Assembly: GCA_022823625.1 (NCBI GenBank)
Contig: JAJEHQ010000004.1
Coordinates: forward strand, 8,851-72,850
DNA length: 64,000 bases
DNA from: Gammaproteobacteria bacterium
GTDB lineage: Bacteria > Pseudomonadota > Gammaproteobacteria > Arenicellales > JAJDZL01
Reading direction: 5' to 3'
In this document: piece after piece, positions 35,924 to 45,013 of the stretch
How the letters are laid out: each line of letters begins with the position of its first letter
How positions within the stretch are numbered: position 1 is the first letter of the stretch
Made by a program: the position numbers and the translations under genes
Notes under the pieces: model-generated
The model's input: only the letters and a program-made list of their open reading frames with translations
What the model was told of the DNA's origin: nothing
The model's database searches: none

Positions 35924-37219
35924 ATGACAAATAAGTTCATGAAGTTCGATACGCTGTCCCTTCATGCCGGACAGCATCCAGATTCTGCAACCCGGGCACG
36001 AGCTACACCCATCTATCAGACTGCTTCCTATGTATTTCAGGATGCCGACCACGCAGCCTCGGTGTTCAATATCGAACGTACCGGACACGTTTACTCACGC
36101 GTTTCCAATCCCACCAATGCAGTTTTGGAGGAACGCATCTGCGCTTTGGAAGGAGGTGTCGGCGCGATTGCGACAGCGAGTGGTCAGGCTGCATTTCACC
36201 TTGCGCTGGCAACCATTCTTTCTTCGGGCTCTCATGTCGTGTCCTCTCAATCAATTTACGGAGGCTCACACAATCTGTTGAGTTATACCATGCCGCGTTT
36301 TGGCATCGAAACGACATTTGTTCACCCGCGGGATGTTGATGCAATCCGCGATGCCATTCGACCTAACACACACCTGATCTTTGGGGAAGTTGTCGGTAAT
36401 CCCGGCTGTGAAATTCTAGATGTTGAAAAAGTTTCTGAAATTGCACATGAGCATGGAATTCCGCTCTTAATTGACTCCACATTTACCACGCCATATCTTT
36501 GCAAGCCATTTGATTTAGGTGCTGATATTGTGTTCCATTCTGCCACAAAGTTTTTGAGTGGCCATGGCGTGGTGATCGGAGGACTGCTGGTTGACGGCGG
36601 TAAATTTGATTGGATTAGGTCAGGAAAATTCCCCACATTGACTGAACCCTATGACGGGTTTCACGGACTCAATTTTGCTGAAGAATTTGGGCCTGCTGCC
36701 TACATCACAAGAGCGCGCAAGGAAGGTGCAAGAGATTTCGGTGCTTGCATGAGTGCTACCACCGCCTTTTACGTATTGCAGGGCCTTGAAACTCTGCCGC
36801 TCAGGATGGAGAAACATGTTTCAAACACCCGAAAAATTGTTGAATTTTTGACTTCACATTCGGCTGTTGACTGGGTGAGCTATCCCGAACTTCCGGAACA
36901 CCCGGACTATGAACTCGCTAAACGACTGCTCCCAAAAGGAGCCGGAGCAGTCTTTGCATTCGGTGTCAAAGGTGGCCGTCAGGCGGGGCATCAATTGATT
37001 TCAAAACTGAAACTCTTTTCCCATCTCGCTAATGTTGGTGATGCAAAGTCGCTCGTCATTCAACCCGCTTCCACAACTCACCATCGAATGGATGCGCAAG
37101 CTCTGGAGGCGGCAGGCATATCGGAAGGCCTGGTGCGCCTTTCAGTCGGACTTGAAGACCCCGATGACCTGATCTCTGATTTGAACGCGGGCCTCAAAGC
37201 TTCCCAGCGCAATCTTTGA
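35924..37219 (+). CDS. metY: O-acetylhomoserine sulfhydrylase / aminocarboxypropyltransferase (PLP)
   Basis: FDTLSLHAGQ...TPIYQTASYVF...SRVSNPTN...SATKFLSGHG are typical of MetY/Cys-Met metabolism PLP enzymes. Confidence 0.85.
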   Translation: MTNKFMKFDTLSLHAGQHPDSATRARATPIYQTASYVFQDADHAASVFNIERTGHVYSRVSNPTNAVLEERICALEGGVGAIATASGQAAFHLALATILSSGSHVVSSQSIYGGSHNLLSYTMPRFGIETTFVHPRDVDAIRDAIRPNTHLIFGEVVGNPGCEILDVEKVSEIAHEHGIPLLIDSTFTTPYLCKPFDLGADIVFHSATKFLSGHGVVIGGLLVDGGKFDWIRSGKFPTLTEPYDGFHGLNFAEEFGPAAYITRARKEGARDFGACMSATTAFYVLQGLETLPLRMEKHVSNTRKIVEFLTSHSAVDWVSYPELPEHPDYELAKRLLPKGAGAVFAFGVKGGRQAGHQLISKLKLFSHLANVGDAKSLVIQPASTTHHRMDAQALEAAGISEGLVRLSVGLEDPDDLISDLNAGLKASQRNL

Positions 37220-37256
37220 TTGACAGCAACCAGATCACACAAGTATTGATTCGGTC

Positions 37257-38045
37257 ATGCAGGTTCAGGTGAACAACTCGTCGGTCTATGCATTTACTGG
37301 CGGTCGCGAAATTAACCCGGAGCGTCCGACCGTACTTTTTGTGCACGGCGCCTCGTTAGATCACACAGTTTGGACTTTGCCGGCGCGGCATTTTGCACGG
37401 CGCGGCTACAACGTGCTGGCTATCGATCTGCCAGGGCATGGCCTCTCAGAAGGTGATTGCCAGCCCGAAATTTCAGGTTATGCCGACTGGCTGATTGATT
37501 TTCTGGATGCAACAGGAATTGATGAGACAGCACTGGTCGGTCACAGCATGGGTTCACTGATAACTTTGGATTGTGCTGGACGCTACCGCGATCGAATTCG
37601 AGCCCTGGTGCTGGTTGGCACCGCAGTTCCAATGCCAGTCACCGACCAGTTGTTGGATGCCGCCAAGAATAATGTACATGAGGCGATTGAAATGCTAACA
37701 GCCTGGGGACATAGTCCTGGTGCCCATTTTGGCGGCAATGAAACGCCCGGTATGTGGATGATCGGTGGGCTTATTCGTCTTTTTGAGCGAGGCGGTATTG
37801 GTGTCCTGCACAATGATCTTTTGGCTTGCAACAATTACACAATCGGTATGGAAACAGCCCGCCAGGTGAAATGTCCTACAATGCTGATATTAGGACAACA
37901 TGACATGCTGACACCTGCAAAAGCAGCCAAAGCTCTGGCCGCGCAAATGACAGATTCGACAACCGTTGTACTTGAAAAAACGGGACACACCATCATGTCC
38001 GAAAAACCTGATGCATTGCTTGATTGCCTAATCAAGATTGTTTAG
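37257..38045 (+). CDS. Alpha/beta hydrolase
   Basis: HG oxyanion motif (FVHGAS) and nucleophile elbow GHSMGS. Confidence 0.75.
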   Translation: MQVQVNNSSVYAFTGGREINPERPTVLFVHGASLDHTVWTLPARHFARRGYNVLAIDLPGHGLSEGDCQPEISGYADWLIDFLDATGIDETALVGHSMGSLITLDCAGRYRDRIRALVLVGTAVPMPVTDQLLDAAKNNVHEAIEMLTAWGHSPGAHFGGNETPGMWMIGGLIRLFERGGIGVLHNDLLACNNYTIGMETARQVKCPTMLILGQHDMLTPAKAAKALAAQMTDSTTVVLEKTGHTIMSEKPDALLDCLIKIV

Positions 38046-38078
38046 TCTGAAACCTCCACTCAACCCTCTCAGCTGATC

Positions 38079-39179
38079 ATGGATAACACCCTCTCAGTCA
38101 TCTCAAACTGGGTAACCCAAATTTGGGTGCAGATCATTATTGTGCTGGTCATCACGTTGATTGCCAGTCGCATCCGCCATGTGATCCTCAATGGTGTCGA
38201 ACGAAAACTCTCGACAATCGAAAATATTTGGAGTACTTCGATTGTCGAGGCGCTTCGTCAACCTGCTGCTTTAATCATATGGATTGCTGGTGTCTCTTTC
38301 TCACTTGATCTTGTTCGAGCTGAATATCAAACCCCGATTTTTGATTCGATTCCTACGCTTAGAATTGTCGCGGTCATCGCAACACTGACCTGGTTTCTGA
38401 TGAAACTCGGTCGTTTTTATGAGCGCCACTATATTGAGAAAAAAGTCGCTGAAAATTCGAGTTACGATCGAACGACGGTTGAATTCGTCGGCAAGATTTT
38501 GCGAGCATCAGCTGTTGTTCTAGGTGCACTGGTCGCCATGCAAAGTCTAGGCTTGAGCATAGCCGGAATCGTGGCATTCGGCGGCGTCGGCGGAATTGCC
38601 ATAGGATTTGCTGCTCGTGAACTGGTAGCCAATTACTTCGGAGCAATCATGCTTTTTCTGGATAAACCTTTCCAGGTTGGAGACACCATTACTTCTCCAG
38701 ATAGAGAAATTGAAGGGACTGTCTTAGAAATTGGCTGGCGTCAAACGATCATTCAACGCTTCGATACGCGTACGCTCTACGTTCCAAATGCTGCATTTGC
38801 CACCATCTCTGTACGCAATCACACCCGGCAGATAAATCGACGAATCTATGAATATGTGGGAATCCGGTACGACGACTCTGCTCAACTTGAGGCTATTGTT
38901 TCAGACATCAGAGATATGGTAGAGAATCATCCTGAAATTGACCAAAGCAACTCTATCATGGTTAATTTCGATCGGTTCGCCGCGTCCTCTCTCGATATAT
39001 TCATTTACTGTTTCACTCGGACAACAGCATGGGCCGAATTCCAAGCTGTCAAGCAGGATGTGCTGGTGAAAGCGATGGATATCATCACCTCACACGGTGC
39101 TGAAATTGCATTTCCGACAACAACCGTTAATCTACCAACTGAAACCCCACTTCGGGTAATTACCAAAGAGGACGATTAG
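38079..39179 (+). CDS. Mechanosensitive ion channel (MscS family)
   Basis: N-terminal TM helices plus the MscS beta-domain motif PFQVGDTI...GTVLEIGWRQTIIQRFDTRTLYVPNAAF. Confidence 0.8.
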   Translation: MDNTLSVISNWVTQIWVQIIIVLVITLIASRIRHVILNGVERKLSTIENIWSTSIVEALRQPAALIIWIAGVSFSLDLVRAEYQTPIFDSIPTLRIVAVIATLTWFLMKLGRFYERHYIEKKVAENSSYDRTTVEFVGKILRASAVVLGALVAMQSLGLSIAGIVAFGGVGGIAIGFAARELVANYFGAIMLFLDKPFQVGDTITSPDREIEGTVLEIGWRQTIIQRFDTRTLYVPNAAFATISVRNHTRQINRRIYEYVGIRYDDSAQLEAIVSDIRDMVENHPEIDQSNSIMVNFDRFAASSLDIFIYCFTRTTAWAEFQAVKQDVLVKAMDIITSHGAEIAFPTTTVNLPTETPLRVITKEDD

Positions 39180-39397
39180 TCATTTCGGTCAATACGCAGA
39201 ACCGACAATGCCTCGAGAGTACATGGTCTCAGTTGCATGGCTAACCGAATTATTGGTCCGATAGGGTAGGCCCTACATCACAACAGTGCGACAAGACTAG
39301 GCTGAAGTTCTGCTCCCAATTATTGCTTTTTTCCGTCGCAAGTGTCGGATTTCAAACGCACATCTTTTAAGAGTCCCTGCCTGACTTTTTGATATAG

Positions 39398-39408
39398 TAG
39401 GCACTAAA
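39398..39408 (+). repeat. TAGGCACTAAA copy 1
   Basis: Exact 11-mer, 122 bp upstream of copy 2. Confidence 0.8.
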
Positions 39409-39519
39409 TATGAATTTATGATGCATGTCTACCGTCTGCATCATGGTTCAAAACGGCTTTAATTCTCGAATTGTCTGCACATCACCTGCAGATGTCTGCT
39501 ACAATAAGCAATTATTTCA

Positions 39520-39530
39520 TAGGCACTAAA
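39520..39530 (+). repeat. TAGGCACTAAA copy 2 (left flank of IS)
   Basis: Exact 11-mer immediately before the GC-rich IS block. Confidence 0.8.
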
Positions 39531-41263
39531 AAGATCCCTTGCACATTTCCACCACCACCTCTGTCTACAAAGGCAAAACACACCGCTGCCACCTGCTGCG
39601 GGAAACCTACATCGACGAAAACGGAAAACGACAGAAAAACACCATCGCCAATCTGACCCGCCTCGGCGATTCAGGCGTTGCGCTTCTCAAAGCCCATCTC
39701 GCCGGCAAAGCGCTGATCGAGCCCAGCGAAGCGTTCAGCATCACCGAAAGCCGCATCCATGGACCGGTCATGGCGGTGGAAAAAGCGTTCGAGATGCTGG
39801 AGCTGCCACAGCTTGTCAGTTCGACCGCCTCGCGCGAGCGCGACCTTGTGCTCGCGATGATCGCAGCAAGAATCATTCGTCCGAACACCAAGCTGGCGAC
39901 CGTCAGGTGGTGGAACACCACCACGATCGGCGAGCGCTTTGCAGTCAGCGACGCCGAGGTCGATGAACTGTATGCGGCGATGGACTGGCTGATGGACCGG
40001 AAAAACCGCATCCAGGGAAAGCTCGCGAAAAGGCTGCTGGAAGCCGGCGATCTGGTGCTGTATGATTTGAGTTCCAGTTATTTTGAAGGCAGCTGCTGTG
40101 CGCTTGCGCGTTTCGGTTACAGCCGCGACCGCAAGCGCGGAAAGATGCAGGTCAACTATGGACTGCTGTGCGACCGTTACGGGCGGCCGGTCTCGATCTC
40201 GGTGCATCCGGGCAATGTGGCTGACACGGCCACCGTCACTGCTGAGCTGAGACGTCTGCACCAGCGCTTTTCGCTTTCCAAGGTTGTGCTGATGGGCGAC
40301 CGCGGCATGATTGCCCGGGCCCAGATTGAAGCGCTCAGACAGTATCCTGACTTTGCCTGGATAACTGCGCTGAAGGCGCAGACGATCCGAAAACTGATGC
40401 GAGACGGTGTCATTGACGCTGAAGACACCGAAAGCCTGATTGAACTGCAGCATCCGCAGTATCCAGATGAGCGGCTGGTGGTGTGTCGCAATCGGGCGCT
40501 TGCGGAACGCCGCGCGCACAAGCGTGAGTCGCTGCTTGCGGCAACCGAGGCACAGCTGCAGCAGATTCGTCAGGCGGTTGAGGAAAAACGGCTTCAAGGC
40601 GCCGATCAGATCGGCTTGAAGGTCGGTGAGCAGATCAACCGCTACAGGATGAAAAAACACTTCATCTGCGAGATTGGCGATGAATCGTTTGGTTTTCGTC
40701 GAAACCATCAGAAGATTGAAGCGGAAGCCAATCTCGATGGCATCTACGTCATTCGCACATCGGTGTCAAACGCGGAGATGAGCGCACCGGAGTGCGTACG
40801 CGGATACAAGTCGCTGTGTCAGGTTGAACGGGCGTTTCGCACCATCAAGACGATGCATCTTCAGGTGCGGCCGATTCATCACCGCCTGGCTGACCGGGTG
40901 CGGGCGCATCTGTTCATCTGCATGCTTGCCTACTATGTTTCCTGGCATATGTGCGAAGCGTGGCGGCCGCTGACTTTTGCGGATGAGCGGCTTCGAGCCG
41001 ATGCGCAGACCCGCGACCCGGTGGCGGCGGCAGTCCGTTCTGATGAGGCATTGCGGAAAGCTGCCACAAAAACCTTGCCTGACGGCACCGCGGCACACAG
41101 TTTTGACACGGTGATGGAGAATCTTCAGACGATTGCCTGGAATCAGTGCAGCGCTGCCGGCGGCGATGTGGAATTTGACGTGGTTACCCGAGCCAGCGCA
41201 TGGCAGGAAAAAGCACTCGCGATGCTTGATGAAATCGAACAATTGCGCACCAAAGTGGATTTG
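39531..41263 (+). mobile_element. IS1634-family (IS4-superfamily) insertion sequence
   Basis: A single large transposase ORF in a sharply GC-richer block than the flanks. It is bracketed by the direct 11-mer TAGGCACTAAA (39520-39530 and 41264-41274). The exact ends are uncertain. Confidence 0.65.
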
Positions 41264-41266
41264 TAG
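39539..41266 (+). CDS. IS1634-family DDE transposase
   Basis: 575 aa. The N-terminus YKGKTHRCHLLRETYIDENGKRQKNTIANLTRLG is typical of IS1634-type transposases, and the DDE region appears intact. TTG start. Confidence 0.75.
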   Translation: MHISTTTSVYKGKTHRCHLLRETYIDENGKRQKNTIANLTRLGDSGVALLKAHLAGKALIEPSEAFSITESRIHGPVMAVEKAFEMLELPQLVSSTASRERDLVLAMIAARIIRPNTKLATVRWWNTTTIGERFAVSDAEVDELYAAMDWLMDRKNRIQGKLAKRLLEAGDLVLYDLSSSYFEGSCCALARFGYSRDRKRGKMQVNYGLLCDRYGRPVSISVHPGNVADTATVTAELRRLHQRFSLSKVVLMGDRGMIARAQIEALRQYPDFAWITALKAQTIRKLMRDGVIDAEDTESLIELQHPQYPDERLVVCRNRALAERRAHKRESLLAATEAQLQQIRQAVEEKRLQGADQIGLKVGEQINRYRMKKHFICEIGDESFGFRRNHQKIEAEANLDGIYVIRTSVSNAEMSAPECVRGYKSLCQVERAFRTIKTMHLQVRPIHHRLADRVRAHLFICMLAYYVSWHMCEAWRPLTFADERLRADAQTRDPVAAAVRSDEALRKAATKTLPDGTAAHSFDTVMENLQTIAWNQCSAAGGDVEFDVVTRASAWQEKALAMLDEIEQLRTKVDL

Positions 41267-41274
41267 GCACTAAA
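41264..41274 (+). repeat. TAGGCACTAAA copy 3 (right flank of IS; its TAG is the transposase stop)
   Basis: Exact 11-mer in direct orientation. Confidence 0.8.
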
Positions 41275-41765
41275 CGCTAATTTCGAACAGAATGATTCAT
41301 GCGCTAAGCGCTTGATTTAAAGATGGGATAATATACCCTAAGGGTCAGAACTTCAGACTAGGGCACTTCCGCAATACAAACCCCTGTTCCAGACTTAGCT
41401 GAGTATCAGCTAACTTACCAAACCCGATAATTCTTTCATAATTCGGCTCTTCAACGGCTGCAGCGGATTGAATCATTTCGGCAGCATGTAAGCCGCGAGT
41501 TAGATAAGGAGCCTGTGCGCGAAATTCATCATGGCTCGGACACCGATACAAATGTCCCCCATAGACAAAACCGGAAATTAAGACCGCAACCTGTTTTAGT
41601 CATCGCTTCGCAATTTCAAACCTGCAATTTGGGAGGATTTTATATAAGACTTTTGCGATTGATAGATATCATATTGTTTTACTTAGAGTAAATATGAACA
41701 TGATTTCACTTAAAACGGATTATTCTACCAATTATCATCAATTATTAATCTATTGGTCATGTCTT

Positions 41766-41804
41766 ATAATTCTAATTGTCATTATAAATAATTCTAATTG
41801 TCAT
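41766..41804 (+). repeat. Two direct copies of ATAATTCTAATTGTCAT with 22-bp period
   Basis: Exact 17-mers at 41766-41782 and 41788-41804, ending 14 nt before the ATPase start codon. Confidence 0.8.
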
Positions 41805-41818
41805 AAGCAACCATCGAA

Positions 41819-43039
41819 ATGTATGAGCGTTTCGTAGAACGAAAAATAAACGAAGCACTTTCGGATACACCAGTGGTTTTGGTTACCGGGCCGCGTAGAG
41901 CTGGCAAGACGACTTTAGTACGTAAGCTGGAAGAAGAGCGCCGAACCTATGTAACTCTGGACGATCAGATAGCTTTCAACGCAGCCAAGTTCGACCCGGT
42001 TGGTTTTGTCCGTGGATTGGACATAGCCACCATCGACGAAATTCAAAGAGTTCCTGAATTGCTACTAGCAATCAAAAAGTCAGTTGATGAAGATTATCGA
42101 CCAGGAAGGTTCTTATTGACCGGTTCCGCGAATGTAATGACCCTCCCAAGAGTAACAGACAGTCTGGCTGGAAGAATCGAAATCATTCAAATGTTGCCCT
42201 TGGCTCGTGCCGAAATAGAAAATATTACTCCGACATTTCTGGAACGCCTGTTTGACGGTAATCATGCACTGAATGGTCCCTCTATAGTTGGCGATGATCT
42301 TGTCCGACTTGTGCTGCTTGGAGGGTATCCAGAAGCTATCGTGCGGGATAGCGAGCGCAGGCGACAGGCTTGGGTGTGGTCTTATCTGTCTTCGATCTTA
42401 TCCCGAGACTTGAGTGATGTCGGAACTGTTGAGAAGATAGCTGATCTTCCAAAATTTGTCAGGATACTGGCTCAGCATTCAGGACAGTTGGCCAACTATT
42501 CTAAGTTAGGCTCTGGTATTGGTGTCAGCTATAAGACGGGGCAGCGCTATACAACACTGCTGGAACAAGTATTCTTGGTTTCGACATTGCAACCATGGCA
42601 TACGAATGTGCTGAAACGCATTGTTAAGACTCCCAAAATACATTTTCTTGACTCCTGTCTGCTTGCCGCGGTTCGCGGGTTGAATTTCGAACGAATTAAG
42701 ACCAATCGTGTCGAATATGGTGCACTACTTGAGAGTTTCGTGTACTCGGAAGTCCTTAAACTGATTACCGGTACAGACTTACAGCTATCTACTTATCATT
42801 TTCGGAATCAGCAAATGTGTGAAGTGGACTTGGTGTTGGAGCGAGACGATGGTATGATTGCTGGCATTGAAGTCAAGGCATCGGCAACGGTTAACTCGCA
42901 CGACTTTGCCGGTCTAAGGAGTTTAGCCACGGCGTGTAAGGGACATTTTGCAAATGGCATTGTTCTCTACGACAACGATAGTTACGTACCATTCGCGGAC
43001 AATATGGTAGCCGTTCCAATATCGTCCCTTTGGATGTAA
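41819..43039 (+). CDS. AAA-type ATPase with DUF4143-like C-terminal domain
   Basis: Walker A GPRRAGKTT. The length and layout match the common AAA_14/DUF4143 orphan ATPases. Confidence 0.7.
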   Translation: MYERFVERKINEALSDTPVVLVTGPRRAGKTTLVRKLEEERRTYVTLDDQIAFNAAKFDPVGFVRGLDIATIDEIQRVPELLLAIKKSVDEDYRPGRFLLTGSANVMTLPRVTDSLAGRIEIIQMLPLARAEIENITPTFLERLFDGNHALNGPSIVGDDLVRLVLLGGYPEAIVRDSERRRQAWVWSYLSSILSRDLSDVGTVEKIADLPKFVRILAQHSGQLANYSKLGSGIGVSYKTGQRYTTLLEQVFLVSTLQPWHTNVLKRIVKTPKIHFLDSCLLAAVRGLNFERIKTNRVEYGALLESFVYSEVLKLITGTDLQLSTYHFRNQQMCEVDLVLERDDGMIAGIEVKASATVNSHDFAGLRSLATACKGHFANGIVLYDNDSYVPFADNMVAVPISSLWM

Positions 43040-43316
43040 TAGTGATCTAGTCGACTTGATTATGTCAACAGGACTTTCAGTAATTCGGATAAACGGAGAA
43101 ACAGGTGGGAAACAGTCCCGGTCGCAAAATCGCGTTGCTGAATTGAAATAAATTACCCTCTAAAATTAATCCACTCAACTACGGCAGATTTAAATTCATC
43201 AAAGCTTCTTTATTAAATGCGTCCTAATGAAAGGTCTAACTTGCCTGCCATAAAGCATTCTTCCCGGGTGATGCGACATACTGGCATACAGATGTGTCAC
43301 AAATTCAAGCCATCGC

Positions 43317-44189
43317 CTATGACTGCTGCCTTCCAATTTTTACTTCTCGATGAAGAATATAGAGTGTGCTCATAATGATGATCGACGCACCAATCAGTGC
43401 CGAAATCTGCGGGATTTCATCAAATACAAAGTAACCAACTATCACCATGAAAATGATTCGGGTGTACAAAAAAGGTGAGACAAATTGTGCATCGCCCAAC
43501 GCATAACCGCGTACGTCCATATAGTTTCGAAGTGCCGACATCGCCGCAATCATGGTGAGAAGTCCCCATTCTGTCCAGTTGGGAGTCTGCCAGACAATGA
43601 TGGCAGGCGGTAAGCTGCCCACTGCCAAAATCATTGAGAAATAGAGCACGATAGTGCCAGGGTTTTCGGTTGAAGACAATTGTTTGCCCGTAACCAAAGT
43701 CAGCGAAAACGCAACAGATGCAAAAATTGGTGCGAACCACTTGATGCTTAATGGCTCCGGTAGATAGCCAATCACCAGCATTGCCCCCAAAAATCCGATG
43801 ATTGATGCCATGATCCGCCGAACGCCAACTTTTTCTTTCAGCATTGGGATGCTTAGAGCAGTCACAAACAGTGGCGTTGTAAAAAAGAGCGCTGTGACTG
43901 TCGTTAGAGGCAGGATCTGGAGTGAATAAAACCCTAGGTTTATGGCGACAACGCCAATCACCCCTCGTACAATATGCAGTTTAAGCCGCTTGGTGCGTAT
44001 ACTGAAATCTGAGCGTGGTAACGAGAATGCAAGAATAAGGAGTGAACCGATGACACCGCGTATGAATACCGCCTGCGCGGAGTGTATCGACCCGGCTAGT
44101 TCATGAACGCCGGAACTCATGGCCGTTGCAACTACGGCAGACCCGACGATCCAGGTGGCTCCCCGGAGATTGTTGGCAGCGCTAGCCAT
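43317..44189 (-). CDS. DMT-superfamily (EamA) transporter
   Basis: 290 aa, 10-TM, with two-EamA-repeat architecture. Confidence 0.7.
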   Translation of the reverse strand: MASAANNLRGATWIVGSAVVATAMSSGVHELAGSIHSAQAVFIRGVIGSLLILAFSLPRSDFSIRTKRLKLHIVRGVIGVVAINLGFYSLQILPLTTVTALFFTTPLFVTALSIPMLKEKVGVRRIMASIIGFLGAMLVIGYLPEPLSIKWFAPIFASVAFSLTLVTGKQLSSTENPGTIVLYFSMILAVGSLPPAIIVWQTPNWTEWGLLTMIAAMSALRNYMDVRGYALGDAQFVSPFLYTRIIFMVIVGYFVFDEIPQISALIGASIIIMSTLYILHREVKIGRQQS

Positions 44190-44233
44190 TTAATCTATCA
44201 CTTCAGTCCCTGACATCACAGGAGAATTTCAAC

Positions 44234-45013
44234 ATGGAACTCGGTCTCAAAGGAAAAAACGCGTTTGTGTGCGCCTCTAGTAAAGGTATCGGCAAGGGCT
44301 GTGCGCGTGCTTTAGCCGCAGAAGGCGCAAACGTCTGGCTTAACGGCCGAGACCCGAACACTCTGGAAGCGACCCAGCGTGAAATAGGAGCCATTGCCAA
44401 GGGAGATGTTGCCATCATTTGCTGCGACATCACGACAGAATCAGGTCGCGACAAGGCCTTGAATGAAACACCTGATCTTGATATTCTCGTCAATAACGCC
44501 GGTGGTCCGCCGGTTGGTGATTTTCGGGAATGGACTCTGGATGACTGGCGTTCTGCCCTCAACAACAACATGCTCACGCCGATTGATCTCTTCCAGCGCG
44601 TTATTGATGGCATGATTGAAAGACGATTCGGACGGGTCATCAATGTAACGTCATCATCTGTGAAAGCGCCAATTCAACACCTTGACCTGTCCAACGGTGC
44701 GCGCTCAGGTCTGACTGGTTTTTTCGCTGGCGCATCGCGGCAGGTCGCTCCTTTCAATGTCACTGTCAATGCGATTCTGCCAGGCCGCTTTGACACCGAC
44801 CGACTTCGTACCAGCATGACGCGAGCTGCCACTGAAGCTGACGAATCGATTGAAGACCTGCTGGAAAAGGGCAAACAGCACATACCAGCCAGACGCTTCG
44901 GTTCACCGGATGAATTTGGCGCACTATGCGCCTTTCTTTGCAGTACTCACGCAGGTTATATAACCGGGCAGAACATATTGATCGACGGCGGTCTGGTTGC
45001 CCTTAGTCCCTGA
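44234..45013 (+). CDS. SDR-family oxidoreductase
   Basis: Cofactor motif [10 protein letters not shown], then NNAG, with classical SDR length. Confidence 0.8.
   Translation: MELGLKGKNAFVCASSKGIGKGCARALAAEGANVWLNGRDPNTLEATQREIGAIAKGDVAIICCDITTESGRDKALNETPDLDILVNNAGGPPVGDFREWTLDDWRSALNNNMLTPIDLFQRVIDGMIERRFGRVINVTSSSVKAPIQHLDLSNGARSGLTGFFAGASRQVAPFNVTVNAILPGRFDTDRLRTSMTRAATEADESIEDLLEKGKQHIPARRFGSPDEFGALCAFLCSTHAGYITGQNILIDGGLVALSP

Noticed and set aside
39671-40708. A 345-aa minus-strand ORF (plus 39607-40011, 40177-40521 and 40766-41242) inside the IS1634 element.
   Set aside because: These are shadow ORFs antisense to the transposase gene, as expected in GC-rich DNA. They have no motifs and Arg/Ala-rich low-complexity translations.
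41345-41551. A 68-aa minus-strand ORF just right of the IS1634 element.
   Set aside because: It has a TTG start, no motif, and no ribosome-binding site that I could see. This is insufficient support to list it as a gene.
41591-41602. A 12-nt match (CTGTTTTAGTCA) to the core of the IS1595 inverted repeat, far from that IS.
   Set aside because: The similarity does not extend beyond 12 nt on either side. That is too short to claim a solo IS end.
44203-44643. A 146-aa minus-strand ORF overlapping the SDR gene.
   Set aside because: It is antisense to a strongly supported SDR, and its translation is Ser/Arg/Pro-rich with no motif.
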